In this document: positions 1-12,392 of the stretch, one piece after another | How the letters are laid out: every line of letters begins with the position of its first letter | How positions within the stretch are numbered: position 1 is the first letter of the stretch | Assembly: GCA_002269645.1 (NCBI GenBank) | Contig: NIVC01000621.1 | Location: 186,001-250,000 of the forward strand | Length of the DNA: 64,000 nucleotides | Reading direction: 5' to 3' | From: Macrostomum lignano | Lineage: Eukaryota | Translations under genes and position numbers: made by a program | Notes under the pieces: generated by a model | Database searches by the model: none | What the model saw: the letters and a program-made list of their open reading frames with translations, nothing else | Told to the model about the DNA's origin: nothing

Positions 1-260
1 ATCCCCTTCGTTGAACTCTGCTTGCGCTGCATTATCTCCTGGCTTGCTGATCTCCTTGGAAGTCACTGTGCTGACTGGCGCTTCAGCTCAGGATCCCATT
101 CGTAGATCCAAGTCTCATCCCCTGTCAAAATCCTGCTGAGAAAGTCGTTGCCTCCTCGATGAAATCGATGAAGGTGCTCTCTGGACAGCCGGTCCTCCAT
201 CTGCTCTTATGTCAGACCGAGTGAACGAAGCTGACGCGGCCATCTTTGCAAAAGTCTGCT
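1..260 (-). mobile_element. Degenerate mariner (Tc1/mariner) transposase fragment, truncated by the window edge
   Basis: Manual minus-strand translation gives ...EQMEDRLSREHLHRFHRGGNDFLSRILTGDETWIYEWDPELKRQSAQ*LPRRSASQEIMQRKQSSTKG. This is the mariner TGDETW first-Asp motif plus the KRQS-x-QW block, with in-frame stops (TGA at 63-65 replaces the W). Confidence 0.8.
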
Positions 261-908
261 TGATGAAAGGGCTGCTCTGCAGCTTGTGAGCATGATAGCA
301 CCATGGAGGAAAAAATAGACTTTAAGTCACAATCAAGAGCAGCGCAATATAAACCTACGAACCATTGGGCATAACGAAATTACAGCTACGAACGTACAAT
401 AAACTTATATCAAACTTTGTGAAACTAAATGCCTGCGATTCTGGAAGCGAAGAGCATGTCAGCTTAGTTAAGCTACACAAAGAACTAAAACTCTGAAAAA
501 GCGTATTTCGATCTAAGCTCGTACAATGCTGGGACATACCTTTTAGAGAGGGACGAAAACAAAAAACGAGTTTGTCTAATGGCAGTCACGAGCCAATAGG
601 AAGGAACGGTGGGAAGGGATACTAAAAGTGAAAATCGAGCAAAAAAAAATCTGGCTCAGATTTTTTCCCTCCATCCATGGATAGCACTCCGAAACTTTCA
701 TCCTTCTTTACCATAGACTTACCTTCTTTACTATACCCTGCGCCAGCGTCTGTTTAATAATAATAATAATAATAGACTTATAGGTCAGGAAATGGCTAGT
801 GCCTCGATCCTTTCCAAGTTGCTTTTAATAAATTTTATCGATTAGCAAAACTAATTTTCTCTTAAACTATATTAAAATATAACCTCGAAACCGCTGTACA
901 CAATTAAG

Positions 909-1211
909 GTTGGCACCGGTGGTATGTACGGAGCAGGGATCTACTTTGCAACCGACACAAGCAAGAGTGCACAGTACGCTATTGACAGCCGCGTCAAGAC
1001 CCTGCTCCTGTGCAACGTTGTGCTCGGCAAGTACATGGTGTGCGACGCGCCCAGGAACGACCTGAACTTGCAGACTGTTGTTGCCGCCGGTTTCGACTCG
1101 GTGTTCGCCAAACGGAACTCGAGGAGAACTGGAGGCGTGTTAAACGACGAGTACATTGTATACCGGCCTGAGCAGGCATCTCCCAGGTACCTGGTGAAGT
1201 TCGAAGTCTGA
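909..1211 (+). CDS. Terminal exon of a PARP/ADP-ribosyltransferase catalytic domain (tankyrase-like motifs); upstream exons not found in window
   Basis: Acceptor ttaag at 904-908 is followed by the in-frame VGTGGMYGAGIYFATDTSKSAQY...LLLCNVVLGK...GFDSV...NDEYIVYRPEQASPRYLVKFEV*. The Tyr (GIYFA) and Glu (DEYIVY) of the H-Y-E triad are present. Confidence 0.85.
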   Translation, partial: VGTGGMYGAGIYFATDTSKSAQYAIDSRVKTLLLCNVVLGKYMVCDAPRNDLNLQTVVAAGFDSVFAKRNSRRTGGVLNDEYIVYRPEQASPRYLVKFEV

Positions 1212-1274
1212 TCTGCGCTGTTTTGGGGTTAACTCAAGCTTATGATGTACAACTACTAAGCAACCAAGGACAAC

Positions 1275-1815
1275 TAAAGCATACAGGACGCGACACTCGA
1301 GATATATGGAAAATGCTTTGAAGGCCTCTTTTCGCAGAGAAATACACTACAGAGATACGTGAAGTTTTCTTTTTTCAGAATAAAAAATTGCTATTGCTTT
1401 CGATAGGAGGCTGACCCCATGTTCATCTTTTAATATGATGTGCCTTTATTATATTGATATTTATATTCATAAAGCTTTTCGTTTAGAAAATCGGGATTCT
1501 ATGTTAATTTGTATTTATTGTACAATATTGTACACGTCCTGTGCCTAAAAGCCATTAAAAGGCACGGCTTTGATCATTGGTTTTATGATTTTTTTGTCAT
1601 TCTTAGCTGACTGTGTAACAAAATGTGTAACAGAGATGATAAAGTAAATCCATTAAACCAAATATTCGAGCTGTGTAATGCATTTTTACATGGTTTTTAG
1701 GTGCATGAAATGTCGTAGGATAAAAAAATTAGATAGAAATCCTGATTTTGTGAACGGAAAGCTTTATGAATATCAATTTTTCATATATTTCGAGCGTTGC
1801 GTCCTTCTACTGTAG
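1275..1815. mobile_element. Degenerate inverted-repeat (MITE-like) element
   Basis: 1285-1315 (aggacgcgacactcgagatatatggaaaat) and 1465-1500 (attcataaagcttttcgtttagaaaatcgggattct) match the reverse complement of the contiguous 1736-1805. The left arm is split by ~150 bp. Confidence 0.5.
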
Positions 1816-2169
1816 TAATCCTTGTCATCAAAATTGAAAACATTAACTCAAGCTAATAAGATATTATATCTTAGATATACGAGTAGCTACTCAGCGACAT
1901 TGAAAAACATCACCTTGGAACAAAATGCGTCTGAGCGAGAGTTGAATAACTCTGCATCATTTGCAGTGTGATGTGGACTAAAGTCAATCGCCCTGGCCCT
2001 GACAATACTCTAGGCTGGCAGTTTTCAGTGTAGCTGGGTATGTTTGTAGCCATTGAGTTAAATATTAATTATTTACTCGCGTAATACCATAAGATGCCTC
2101 TAAATGACTGAAAAACTTGTTGTTTATATTTTATCTTGTTTTAAACAGAATGACGGAACACTGTTTTAT

Positions 2170-2642
2170 ATGCCCAGCAACATTGAAAAGTCGCCACTCT
2201 AGGCGCCAGTGAGCAATTTCTCTTATTGGTCTATTCTAAAATAAACGATGATGGTGAAGCGAGAAAACTGAGGTGCAGCTTTAATCCGTCCAACCCTCGA
2301 ACACCGCTCCCCCCACTTCATTCCTCAACTCAGTCTGCCGCGGGATAGCTGATCGTTACGTCACTCTCAAAGACTGAGAGACTTTACCTGCACTCTCAAA
2401 AGTGGCGACCACAGACGGCATCTTTTGTGATGGCGAATTTTTGATGCTAGCATGAGTTGTGGTGCAATTTAGCTACGCCGCGGCGGACTGAGTTGAGGGG
2501 TGAATTGGGGGGAGCGGTGTGCGAGGGTTGGACGGATTGGAGCTACCCCTATCAGTTTTCTCGTGTCTTTTATTTCAGAACAGTCCAAGAGAAATTTCTC
2601 ACTGGCGCATAGAGTGGTGACTTTTCAATGTTGCTGGGTATA
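2170..2642. mobile_element. Foldback MITE with ~170-bp imperfect terminal inverted repeats
   Basis: The left arm cccagcaacattgaaaagtcgccactctaggcgccagtgagcaatttctctt...ctcaactcagtctgccgcgg mirrors the right arm ccgcggcggactgagttgag...aagagaaatttctcactggcgcatagagtggtgacttttcaatgttgctggg. Flanks are TA-rich. Confidence 0.8.
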
Positions 2643-2901
2643 TTTTAGATTACAGTTTTTTTATTTTACAGATTAATAATTTATAGTATGAGCTCGTATT
2701 CTAATTTAAATTTTTATGCATGTACGAGTATATACTAACGTATATTCATGCATGATAGATCTGATCGCTAATTTTGTACTTTTTGACGTGTTTATTTAGT
2801 GATAACAGTGATCTTTCAACCAATACCATAAATTATACTGCTTGCCCACTATTTCCCCATTTTTAATTAATTTATCCTTTGATGGCAACTTTCGTCTAAA
2901 T

Positions 2902-3874
2902 CAGGGGTCGGCAAACTTTTTTACCTCAAGGGCCAGGTAGAAAACCTAGTGCATGACTGCGGCCCAGAGAAGGGGAGAGAGGAGAGGAGAGGAATAAAAG
3001 AGAAGAGAGAAGATACGAAATAGGAGAGGAGAGGAGAGAATGAAGAGGAGAAACCACAACGGCTTAGGAGAGAAAGAAGAGGAGAAGAGAGGAGAGAAGA
3101 GAGAGAAGAGAAGAGAGAAAGGAGAGGAGAGAGGAGAGAAGAGAAAGGGGAAAAAGGAGAGGTGAGAGAAGAGAAGAAAAAGGAGAGGAGAGAGGAGAGA
3201 AGAGAAAGGAGAGAAAGGAGAGGAGAGAGGAGAGAAGAGAGAGGAGAGAAGAGAGAGGAGAGAAGAGAGAGGAGAGAAGAGAGAGGAGAGAAGAGAGAGG
3301 AGAGAAGAGAGAGGAGAGAAAAGAAAGGAGAGGAGAGGAGAGAGGGAATAGAGGAGAGAAGAGAGAGGAGAGAAAGGAGAGGAGAGAGGAGATCAGACAG
3401 AAGGGAGAAGAGACACAAACCTTAAGCGGGCTGGATTGTATTGTGAAGTTTTTGAAACTTGTGAAAGGGGGGCGCTTCATAAAACCTAAATTTCACAACG
3501 CCTAAGGCATATGACTTGACATCACCTAAATTTCATAACGCTTAAATTTCAAAACGCCTAAAACCAAAAATGCATCCTACTTCATATTGAATAAATTTCA
3601 TATCGCCCAAGTTTCACTACGTCTAAAAATCTGCTTGCTCTTTCATATCGCCTAAACTTCATATCGCCTAACTTTCACAAAACCGAAAACTGAATGTGAA
3701 GGAGAGAAGCAAGGATGTAGGCGTTGTAAAATTTAGTCGATGTGGGAGCGTGCAGGTATTTTAGGCGTTGTGAAGTTTAGGTCTTATCAAAGCGTCCTAG
3801 TGAAAGTACGAGTACATGTACCCGATCGAACCGGATCGAGAGCTGCTTCGTGGGCGGGAGTTTGTTGACCCCTG
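2902..3874. mobile_element. Non-autonomous hAT (Charlie-type) element carrying a GA-rich array and a small internal foldback
   Basis: TIRs are caggggtcggcaaact (2902) and agtttgttgacccctg (ends 3874). The 8-bp flanks gtctaaat/gtcgtaat (6/8) resemble the Charlie nTCTAGAn target. Internal cgcctaaatttcac units at 3480-3680 are inverted at 3715-3785. Confidence 0.75.
2970..3415. repeat. Purine-only (GAGAGGAGAGAA-type) low-complexity array
   Basis: Almost only G and A for ~445 bp; explains the spurious L/S-rich and E/R-rich ORFs. Confidence 0.95.
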
Positions 3875-5621
3875 GTCGTAATAATTGAATAGCTACAATA
3901 TTATTCTAAAGGTTTTATTATATTTCAATCAGTATTTTTTATTCAGATTATATAAGTTGTTTTAAAAGTACTACACAGCCAATGTAGCACATTTACGCAT
4001 ATTTATTAAATCTTGAATAAAACTTTAATCTGTCAACATTCAAGAGTTTAAACTTTCAGCAGAAGTAAGTTTTCACGGATGTTGGTTGATATGTATTTTT
4101 TTTAAAAACCTCTAGCTAACATCATGCACGCTGTAAGCAAGAAATCAGAATTAAGCTTATAGCCATATCACTTGATCCTATATATCTGCAAGTTAATATT
4201 CGTGACTAGTAGCTAATTAAAAGATGTATAATTTAAAAGTTAATACTATGTAGCTCGTAGATATCGTTACATGTACATGTAGCTATACTCTAAAATCAAT
4301 CATACTAATTAGTTTAACAAAATTCCATATGCAACTGTAAACTAACGGAATGGTTATATACCTAGTTAATTTGGACATTCGGAGGTCCAGAAATAAAGAA
4401 ACCTTCAGTTACATAATAATATACGTAATACAAAGAAAAGTAAGTTTGTATTATGCCGTGTAATTATGGTATTATTACGAGTATTCGGACTCGTAAGAGC
4501 ATACAGATTCATAGAAATATGAATATAGAAATATTACATGTATTAGAATCAGATGAATCGGCAGCATAGCTAGACTAAAATCTTCAAATTTATTAATGTT
4601 TTGTGATTTTGATAGCTGTACATGTACTTGAACGTAAAACACTGCACTGACACGGTTGAAAAGTATTTAACGATATAATAAGTATTCCATTTAAATGGAA
4701 TACAACGATGTAAATATAATTACTTTTAAGTATAGTTATGAGAATAGCTAGCTATGACACCGAAAAATTTATGACACGCGGATAAACGTCATTTTGAGAT
4801 GCAGCTATCATTACGAGCGTATTAAATAAATTCAGATCCTGTCATTAAAAATACATCTAGCTATAGTTACCACAATCTGTACAAGGTAAACCAGGCTTAC
4901 TAATATTCTGTATGTGTAAATAAATCAAAACCACAGAAACGTACTAACAAATTAACAATCGATCCGATCGCTGATGATTAAATGAAGTTTATAACATGTA
5001 CACTGTGACATGCACAAGAATATGATTGATGCGCGTTTTATATAATATTGTATAACTAGTTGCTAGATTTCGACGCTGTCACACGGCACAGAATTGTTAA
5101 TCAGCAATATAATCGGCGATCTTCAAATAACCTGTGAGCACCATGGGCTCAAGGGACAGCTAAATCTTGCCAAATATATTGATTCTTTCAATGCTGAGTG
5201 AGGCCGCGTGAGCTATAGCTGGCTATAAATGTAGGGAATTTCTAATAACTGGGAGAATTATTCAAAATCGAAAAATCATTTGTGCACTCTATATTTACAT
5301 GTAATCTACGTATATATCTATAAAACAAATATTTCCATTTTTACGTATACATCTAGTTAATATTTGCAATAGATAGATCTTTTACATTGAGTAGCATATT
5401 GTGCTATATAATTTACTCCGTATGCGGCAAAGAAACCGTTGTGATGTGCGAAAGCAGACAGTTGAAGTGTGATATTTAGTAAGGACCGGTACAATAACGA
5501 GAAGTTAAATGATATAAATCGATAAAAATATCCATATATTCAATTCATTATTCTATTGAAGATCTGCAGTCTTCAGAAGCCAAGCTGAATGAGTGGCACC
5601 CTTTCCCCAGCTGCTTGCTGA

Positions 5622-8600
5622 TTAAAGAATCAGACACTCCCGTTTCGAACGCTTTTTCAGTGTTGTAGGCCTGGGGCTCAGCACTAGCCGAATTGCCTCA
5701 TCAAATACCGTCTTCACCTCGGATTGCAGCTTGGACGAGCACTCTAAGTACCTCACTGCCTGTATCTCCTTGGCCAGGGCCTGTCCCTGAGCGAGAGGAA
5801 AGTTAAGAATATCTTTGTTAAAAAAACTCCGCAACCACCTCACTATAAACGGCCTCTTCTCACTCCAACCACCTTACCGTATACTCCGCCAACCACCTCA
5901 TTCCACCAGCCACCTCACTCCGCCAATCACCTCACTCCGCCAAACACCTCACTCCGCCAAACACCTCACTCCGCCAGCCACCTCACTCCGCCAACCACCT
6001 CACTCCGCCAACCACCTCACTCCGCCAACCACCTCACTCCGCCAAACACCTCACTCCGCCAACCACCTCACTCCGCCAGTGCAACCACCTCACTCCGCCA
6101 GCCACCTCACTTTGCCAAACAGCTCACTACGAGCGTAAATTCACAAATTTTGACTCCTTACCTTAATTGTTGACACTGGAGCCCGATTCTTAGCCTTAAG
6201 CCGTTCAATAGTCTCCGGATCGTCTCTTAGATCCTTCTTAGTGCCAACAAGTAATATTGGCGTATTTGGAGCATAGTGCCTGACTTCAGGCACCCATTTT
6301 GAGCGGACATTGTCGCAACTGATGGGATTGTCCAATGCAAAGCATACAATCATTACGTCTGTCTGCGGATAGCTGAGTATCCTGAGCTGGTCGTACTCTT
6401 CTTGACCTGTGGGCGAGTGTATTTGGGGCGTTGAGTAATAAACCACTAGTGGAAAATTTGCTGAAAATTGCTGAAAATTTGCATGGTTTCTAAAACTCTA
6501 TTTTTCACTGGCAGACAAACAATTTATTCAAGACAGAAGGCGCCCACATCAAGATAGAAGGCGCTCGATTCAAGACAGAAGGCGCCCAAATCAAGATAGA
6601 AGCCGCTCGATTCAAGACAGAACAAGGCGCCCTAGTCAAGACAGAATAAGGCGCCCTAGTCAAGACAGAAAGGCGCCCTAGTCAAGACAGAAAGGCGCCC
6701 TAGTCAAGACAGAAAGGCGCCCTAGTCAAGACAGAAAGGCGCCCTAGTCAAGACAGAATAAGGCGCCCTAGTCAAGACACAAAGGCGCCCTAGTCAAGAC
6801 ACAAAGGCGCCCTAGTCAAGACACAAAGGCGCCCTAGTCAAGACAGAAAGGCGCCCTAGTCAAGACAGAAAGGCGCCCTAGTCAAGACACAAAGGCGCCC
6901 TAGTCAAGACACAAAGGCGCCCTAGTCAAGACAGAAAGGCGCCCTAGTCAAGACACAAAGGCGCCCTAGTCAAGACAGAAAGGCGCCCTAGTCAAGACAG
7001 AAAGGCGCCCTAGTCAAGACACAAAGGCGCCCTAGTCAAGACAGAAAGGCGCCCTAGTCAAGACACAAAGGCGCCCTAGTCAAGACAGAAAGGCGCCCTA
7101 GTCAAGACAGAAAGGCGCCCTAGTCAAGACAGAAAGGCGCCCTAGTCAAGACACAAAGGCGCCCTAGTCAAGACAGAAGGCACCCACATCAAGACAGAAA
7201 AGTGACAAAAGCCATGATATATGCGTGCATATTGATGATATTGGCATACAATTTCATGGACAGAAAGGCGCTCCATGCAAGCTAGGCAACTGAAATCAAT
7301 ATTCTGAGTGAATGCTTCATAAGAGGATTATAGCTACTAATTCAGAGACGTAGTGAGATGGGAGCGGATTATTCTCAAGGGATAATAATATATAGTGGGA
7401 TTTCATACAGCTGGGGTTGAGGTTGGAAGCAGTTGTGGCTGCTGAGGTTAAAAGTAGAAAAATCGAAAAAAATCGGCCATAATATTGCGACAGCTATTCA
7501 GTAGTCAGTTCAATTTTTGGCACGTTGCCAACACTGCTGGCCATCGATATCATCTAGGCCAATGCAGAGGCGGGGGAGGTAGGGTATGCAAAGTTCAGGT
7601 TGAAACGCCGGAGGCAAAGCACACATTTGAGAAGAAGAAAACCTCATCGCCTTGAGGGAATTCCCTGGCCTGAGCTGCTACAGTTCGGTCTGACAGCCAA
7701 TGGCAGATGGCTTGGCATGCTGCCAGAAATATAGAAGGGATGTGAAACAAGAGCTGGGGGAGGGGCTTTATAGATGGACATAGGATTAAGAATGAAAGAG
7801 GAGGGGAGGGAACTGCTTTCCCTCTAGAAGCAACTGGGAGTACAGCATCAGTTTATTTTGTGTGTGTTTTAGCCATATTTGCTCAGAGCTTTAGCTATAG
7901 GCTGTGGTGGTAGACTTTTGCTGGGCTGACTGGAAGAGACGAATAAAAAAGTAAGTTGGCTAGATAATTACAGGTGATTTTCCTCTACAGATTCAAATGG
8001 AGAGCATGAATGAGATACGGGTGTCCTCAGATAAGACAAAAGTGTGTCCTCAGTGGAGACAGTGTCTTCAGCTCGGACAGAGATGTGTCCTCAGCTTAGA
8101 CAGAGATGTGTCCTCAGATCAGACAGAGATGTGTCCTCAGCTTAGACAGAGATGTGTCCTCAGATCAGACAGAGATGTGTCTTCAGCTCAGACAGAGATG
8201 TGTCCTCAGATCAGACAGAGATGTGTCCTCAGATCAGACAGAGATGTGTCCTCAGATCAGACAGAGATGTGTCCTCAGATCAGACAGAGATGTGTTCTCA
8301 TTTCGGACAAAGATATGTCCTCAGTTGAGACAGTGTCCTAAGCTCAGACAGAGATATGTCCTCAGCTCGGACAGAGATGTGACCTCAATTGAGACAGAGA
8401 TGTGACCTCAATTGAGACAGAGATGTGACCTCAATTGAGGCAGAGATGTGACCTCAATTGAGACAGAGATGTGACCTCAATTGAGACAGAGATGTGACCT
8501 CAATTGAGACAGAGATGTGACCTCAATTGAGACAGAGATGTGACCTCAATTGAGACAGAGATGTGACCTCAATTGAGACAGAGATGTGACCTCAATTGAG

Positions 8601-9072
8601 ACAGAGATGTGACCTCAATTGAGACAGAGATGTGACCTCAATTGAGACAGAGATGTGACCTCAATTGAGACAGAGATGTGACCTCAATTGAGACAGAGAT
8701 GTGACCTCAATTGAGACAGAGATGTGACCTCAATTGAGACAGAGATGTGACCTCAATTGAGACAGAGATGTGACCTCAATTGAGACAGAGATGTGACCTC
8801 AATTGAGACAGAGATGTGACCTCAAGAGATAGAGGGTGTCTTCATAATTTGAGTTTCGAAGTGTAGCTAATACATAAAACTACATGTATCTTACCGGCAG
8901 TATCCCACAGGCACAGGTTGATGGACTTTTGCTGCACCATCACGTTGGCACTGTAGGTGTCGAACACTGTGGGTATGTACTCCTCCGGAAACTGGTTTGT
9001 AGCGTACGAGATTAACAGGCAGGTCTTGCCCACGGCTCCGTCGCCAACTACCACGCACTTGATTGACTGCAT
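5622..9072 (-). CDS. rac: Rho-family small GTPase, Rac-like, ~195 aa; exons 8895-9072, 6162-6406, 5622-5786
   Basis: [23 protein letters not shown]...PTVFD...LWDTAG|[16 protein letters not shown]...VGTKKDLR...|[17 protein letters not shown]...[11 protein letters not shown] (polybasic region plus CAAX). GT-AG introns in phases 1 and 0 give a continuous frame of 588 nt. Confidence 0.93.
5870..6122. repeat. ~17-bp minisatellite (cacctcactccgccaac) in rac intron 2
   Basis: Visible tandem copies with variants filling most of the 375-bp intron. Confidence 0.9.
6530..7200. repeat. 22-bp minisatellite (caagacagaaaggcgccctagt) in rac intron 1
   Basis: Homogeneous core at ~6625-7180 with degenerate copies at both edges. 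Confidence 0.95.
8020..8830. repeat. 23-bp minisatellite (agacagagatgtgtcctcagatc grading to agacagagatgtgacctcaattg) in rac intron 1
   Basis: Two unit variants in two blocks, switching near 8380. Confidence 0.95.
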
Positions 9073-10341
9073 TGGTGAACAATAAAATAGTTTGTTATTA
9101 AAAGGTTTTTTTAAGTTGAATGTCTTACAGTTTCTCTTGTGGCCTCTCAGGCCTGTTAAAGTAAAGACAGTTTATTGTGATAGACTTCTATCTCGCTGAG
9201 TGTCTGCACAGTCTAATATAGAGCAGTGTATTAATATACCAAATGCGAGTCAAGTCCCCAGCAACCCTCCGCTCCTCCCTCGCCGGGGCGGGGTAGAGAG
9301 GGGGAAGAGTGAAGAGCCCGCCCGTTGTCAACTCCCTACCCGTCTCCCCACACAGCCCTTCCCCTCTCAGACCAGTCCAATCTACATGTGTATATGTACG
9401 AGTATTTGTTCGCCGTCCCTCGCCCTTTGCTACCCTCTACCCACCCGTCGACTCTCCTTTTGGTCCGCTTGAGCACGCTCAAATAAGTACTCAAAAATTC
9501 TCCCCCTTCTCCCTACTTGGGCCGTTTGGCCGTTGCTAATTTTAGAAAGTGACGCTCTGATTTTTAACCGTCCTTGTGTGTACAAAATCTAGAGTACAGG
9601 CTTCGTCATGACGGCGTGTGTGTACGAGGGTAGCCGTTAACCATGTTAGGACATTTTAGCCATGATAGATTAGTCACTGTGTATTATAGATAGGGCCTAT
9701 GATCGTATTTATTATGGAAAAATCATGAGGTCCAGGGAATATGGACAATGTATAGTTGCGAATGTGGTTTGAGAGATGCTTCGCATCATGTTTGCTTCGC
9801 CACTCGTGAAACTTAATCATTGTCTATGATCAAACCACATACGCATCAACATTGTCTCATAGATGTACGCTTTTGATCGGCGTCGAACAATCCATCATTG
9901 TTCAACGATAAATCGAATCTGATTGTTCAACGCTAAAAAGACGAGAAATTTCGGTTGCTTGAGGCCATAGACAAGTTTTTTCTTGGTCAGATCGAAGCTT
10001 GTAAGAGCCTATATGGTAGCCCGAAGTTAGCCACTGGGTCCTACTGTCTATGGTCAAAACCCAGCTATGGCTAACATTACTCGCTATGGGTTGGCTGAGA
10101 TTGGTACGTTGCTTGTTGTAAGCTAAGTTAGAATGCGAAAACCAATGTCAAGCAAAAAGAAAATGATTTTCCAAAGACGTAAAATTGAACCTAACCTATT
10201 AAATTTTTATATATGAAACTGTCTGTGGCGCAACCTTCGTTCTGTCAGCTAGCTTTAAAACTAAGCTATGCCTCTCAATACGCAAACTTTTTGTACAATA
10301 ACAGTTGTGGTTTTATCCATTGTAAAAAAGATTGTTTAACA

Positions 10342-10700
10342 GGCTCTAGCCTCTTGTGGTCTAGGCGCGGTGCTCTCTAATGTGCCAGCGGCCCAGGCTC
10401 GATTCCAATTTGCAGTCACATTAATTTGGGGCTGCGTTGAAATCACGGATTGGGTCTGCTTGTGCAATTAACACCATTGAGGGCCAACCCCAAGGCACAT
10501 ACATTAATGTGCACATGCATAACGATAAATAAAGTTAGGGCAGCTGTACACACCTGTGTGTGTGTGTGTGTGCCTGTGCGTATGACTGCGTACGTATCCG
10601 CGCGCTTGTGTGCCTGCTCAGGGGAGTCGGCAGAATGGCCCCTGTTGCTACTATATCTTATGATGTACTTGGGATTGACTCCCCGTTGTTAAGGCAGACC
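10342..10700 (+). mobile_element. tRNA-derived SINE (fullest copy in the window)
   Basis: The head ggctctagcctcttgtggtctagg...cccaggctcgattcc has A/B-box-like motifs. The body (cattaatttg...gtgcaattaac...ggccaacccc...ataaataaagttaggg...tgcgtatgactgc...tgctcaggggagtcggcagaatgg) recurs at 37215-37405. Confidence 0.65.
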
Positions 10701-11158
10701 TCCTCGCCTCTTGAGCAACCAAAAAATTATTACACTAATTAATTTCTCCTTAACCTACCTAAGTTTCTAAGTTAAACACGAACATCCTGAATAACGCAGG
10801 TGAAATTAACAAACACAATTATGCTTCCTTGAGAACTCAACTGCTCTGGGTAATTATAGCAAACCCCGTAAAGCTTTAACAAACCTATAAAACTACTAAC
10901 AGTAGCGTAAGAGCAGATTTGCGTTCTCTTTAGCGACTACGAATGAATAATAGTGATGACAAATAAAGCCCAAACCAGTGTCTCAGTAGCATCGCATTGA
11001 TTTATTGCAATTGCAAGTACACAGAGAATTCAACCAATTATTTTGGTTTTCGATCATTTTATATGCTCAATTATATTTCTAATGCGTGTGTAGACAAAAT
11101 GGCAAACACAGGGTACAGACAGACACGTGACACAAAAGTACACTCAGCAATATGAGTA

Positions 11159-11341
11159 AAGTTTCCACACCGAAAACAGTGCCTTCTCAGATCTCAAATG
11201 ATGCAATTCACACAATACGCTAGCGGTTCTCGTCTTAAACTGTGAAGGATGCAATTTGCGTCACAAGGAGGCCCTAACTTAGGCTGGTGAGGAGGGTGTG
11301 GAGTAGCGCAATGGCTAGACTTGGATTCGGTGTGGAAACTT
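11159..11341. repeat. 183-bp segment bounded by a perfect 16-bp inverted repeat (possible mini-MITE)
   Basis: aagtttccacaccgaa (11159-11174) and ttcggtgtggaaactt (11326-11341); no clear TSD. Confidence 0.5.
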
Positions 11342-11787
11342 GCTACAGATACAGATACAGGTAGAATTAACTGAGGCAAACAAGCAGAATATAATAGTTA
11401 TCATTACGCCAATAAGATATTTGTGCACTTGAGTAGAGTGTCTCGCACAACACAGAGAACTATCTATATGTATAAAATAAACAGACTGTAAGTATAGATA
11501 AGGTAAAGTGTAATTTTATATTAAAACAAATTTGATCTACATATACTGTTACCTATGTACACATGCTATAGAGTTTTGCAGACTAAAGACACTGAACTAA
11601 TTAAATCCGACACAAAAATAAGTTCACATTACTACTTCTAGTAAGCGAAGAATCAAGATCAATAATTTACTTAAAATTTAGTGTCACTTCATAGTTGGGA
11701 TTATGAAGAAGTCAGCAAAAGACGCAATCAGAAACAGTTTTATCTGACACCGAAATGAGATTCGATGGTTTCAACAGCAGTTTTTGT

Positions 11788-12180
11788 GGTAGATAAGGGG
11801 CGATTCTCAGATGGTAGATAAGGGGCGATTCTCAGATGGTAGATAAGGGGCGATTCTCAGATGGTAGATAAGGGGCGATTCTCAGATGGTAGATAAGGGG
11901 CGATTCTCAGATGGTAGATAAGGGGCGATTCTCACATAGTAGATAAGGGGCGATTCTCACAGTAGATAAGGGGCGATTCTCATAGTAGATAAGGGGCGAT
12001 TCTCATAGTAGATAAGGGGCGATTCTCATATAGTAGATAAGGGGTGATTCTCATATAGTAGATAAGGGGTGATTCTCATATAGTAGATAAGGGGCGATGC
12101 TCATATACTAGATAAGGGGCGATGCTCATATAGTAGATAAGGAGCGATTCTCATATGGTAGATAAGGGGCGATTCTCATT
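11788..12180. repeat. ~25-bp minisatellite (tagataaggggcgattctcagatgg) downstream of the vti1 stop codon
   Basis: Visible tandem copies with 22-25 bp length variants. Confidence 0.95.
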
Positions 12181-12392
12181 GGTGGCTTTAGATTGTTATT
12201 TTAAGCAGCAGATGATAACTTCAATCGGACACATAAATAAAAAGATTTGACAATGAATTAAAAAATCTCGACTTCAATACGAAAAGTTTGCAGACAGACA
12301 AAAATCAATAATCCATACCTCCTGCAGTGCGCAAGCAATTCAAGTGGCTGATCACGATAAATAATAAATACGGTAGGTTATTCAACCGCTAA

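Noticed and set aside
2921-3480. L/S-rich and E/R-rich ORFs
   Set aside because: Artefacts of the GA-rich array inside the hAT MITE.
3810-5400. Frequent TACATGTA and TAGCTA palindromes
   Set aside because: They recur all over the window's AT-rich DNA and look like a genome-wide compositional signature rather than a local element.
9200-9539. ORFs in the GC-rich patch upstream of rac
   Set aside because: No homology cues; more likely promoter or 5' region sequence, which I cannot define precisely.
9640-10090. Possible MITE with ttagccat/atggctaa and ccatagac motifs
   Set aside because: Inverted matches are too short and the boundaries and TSD are undefined.
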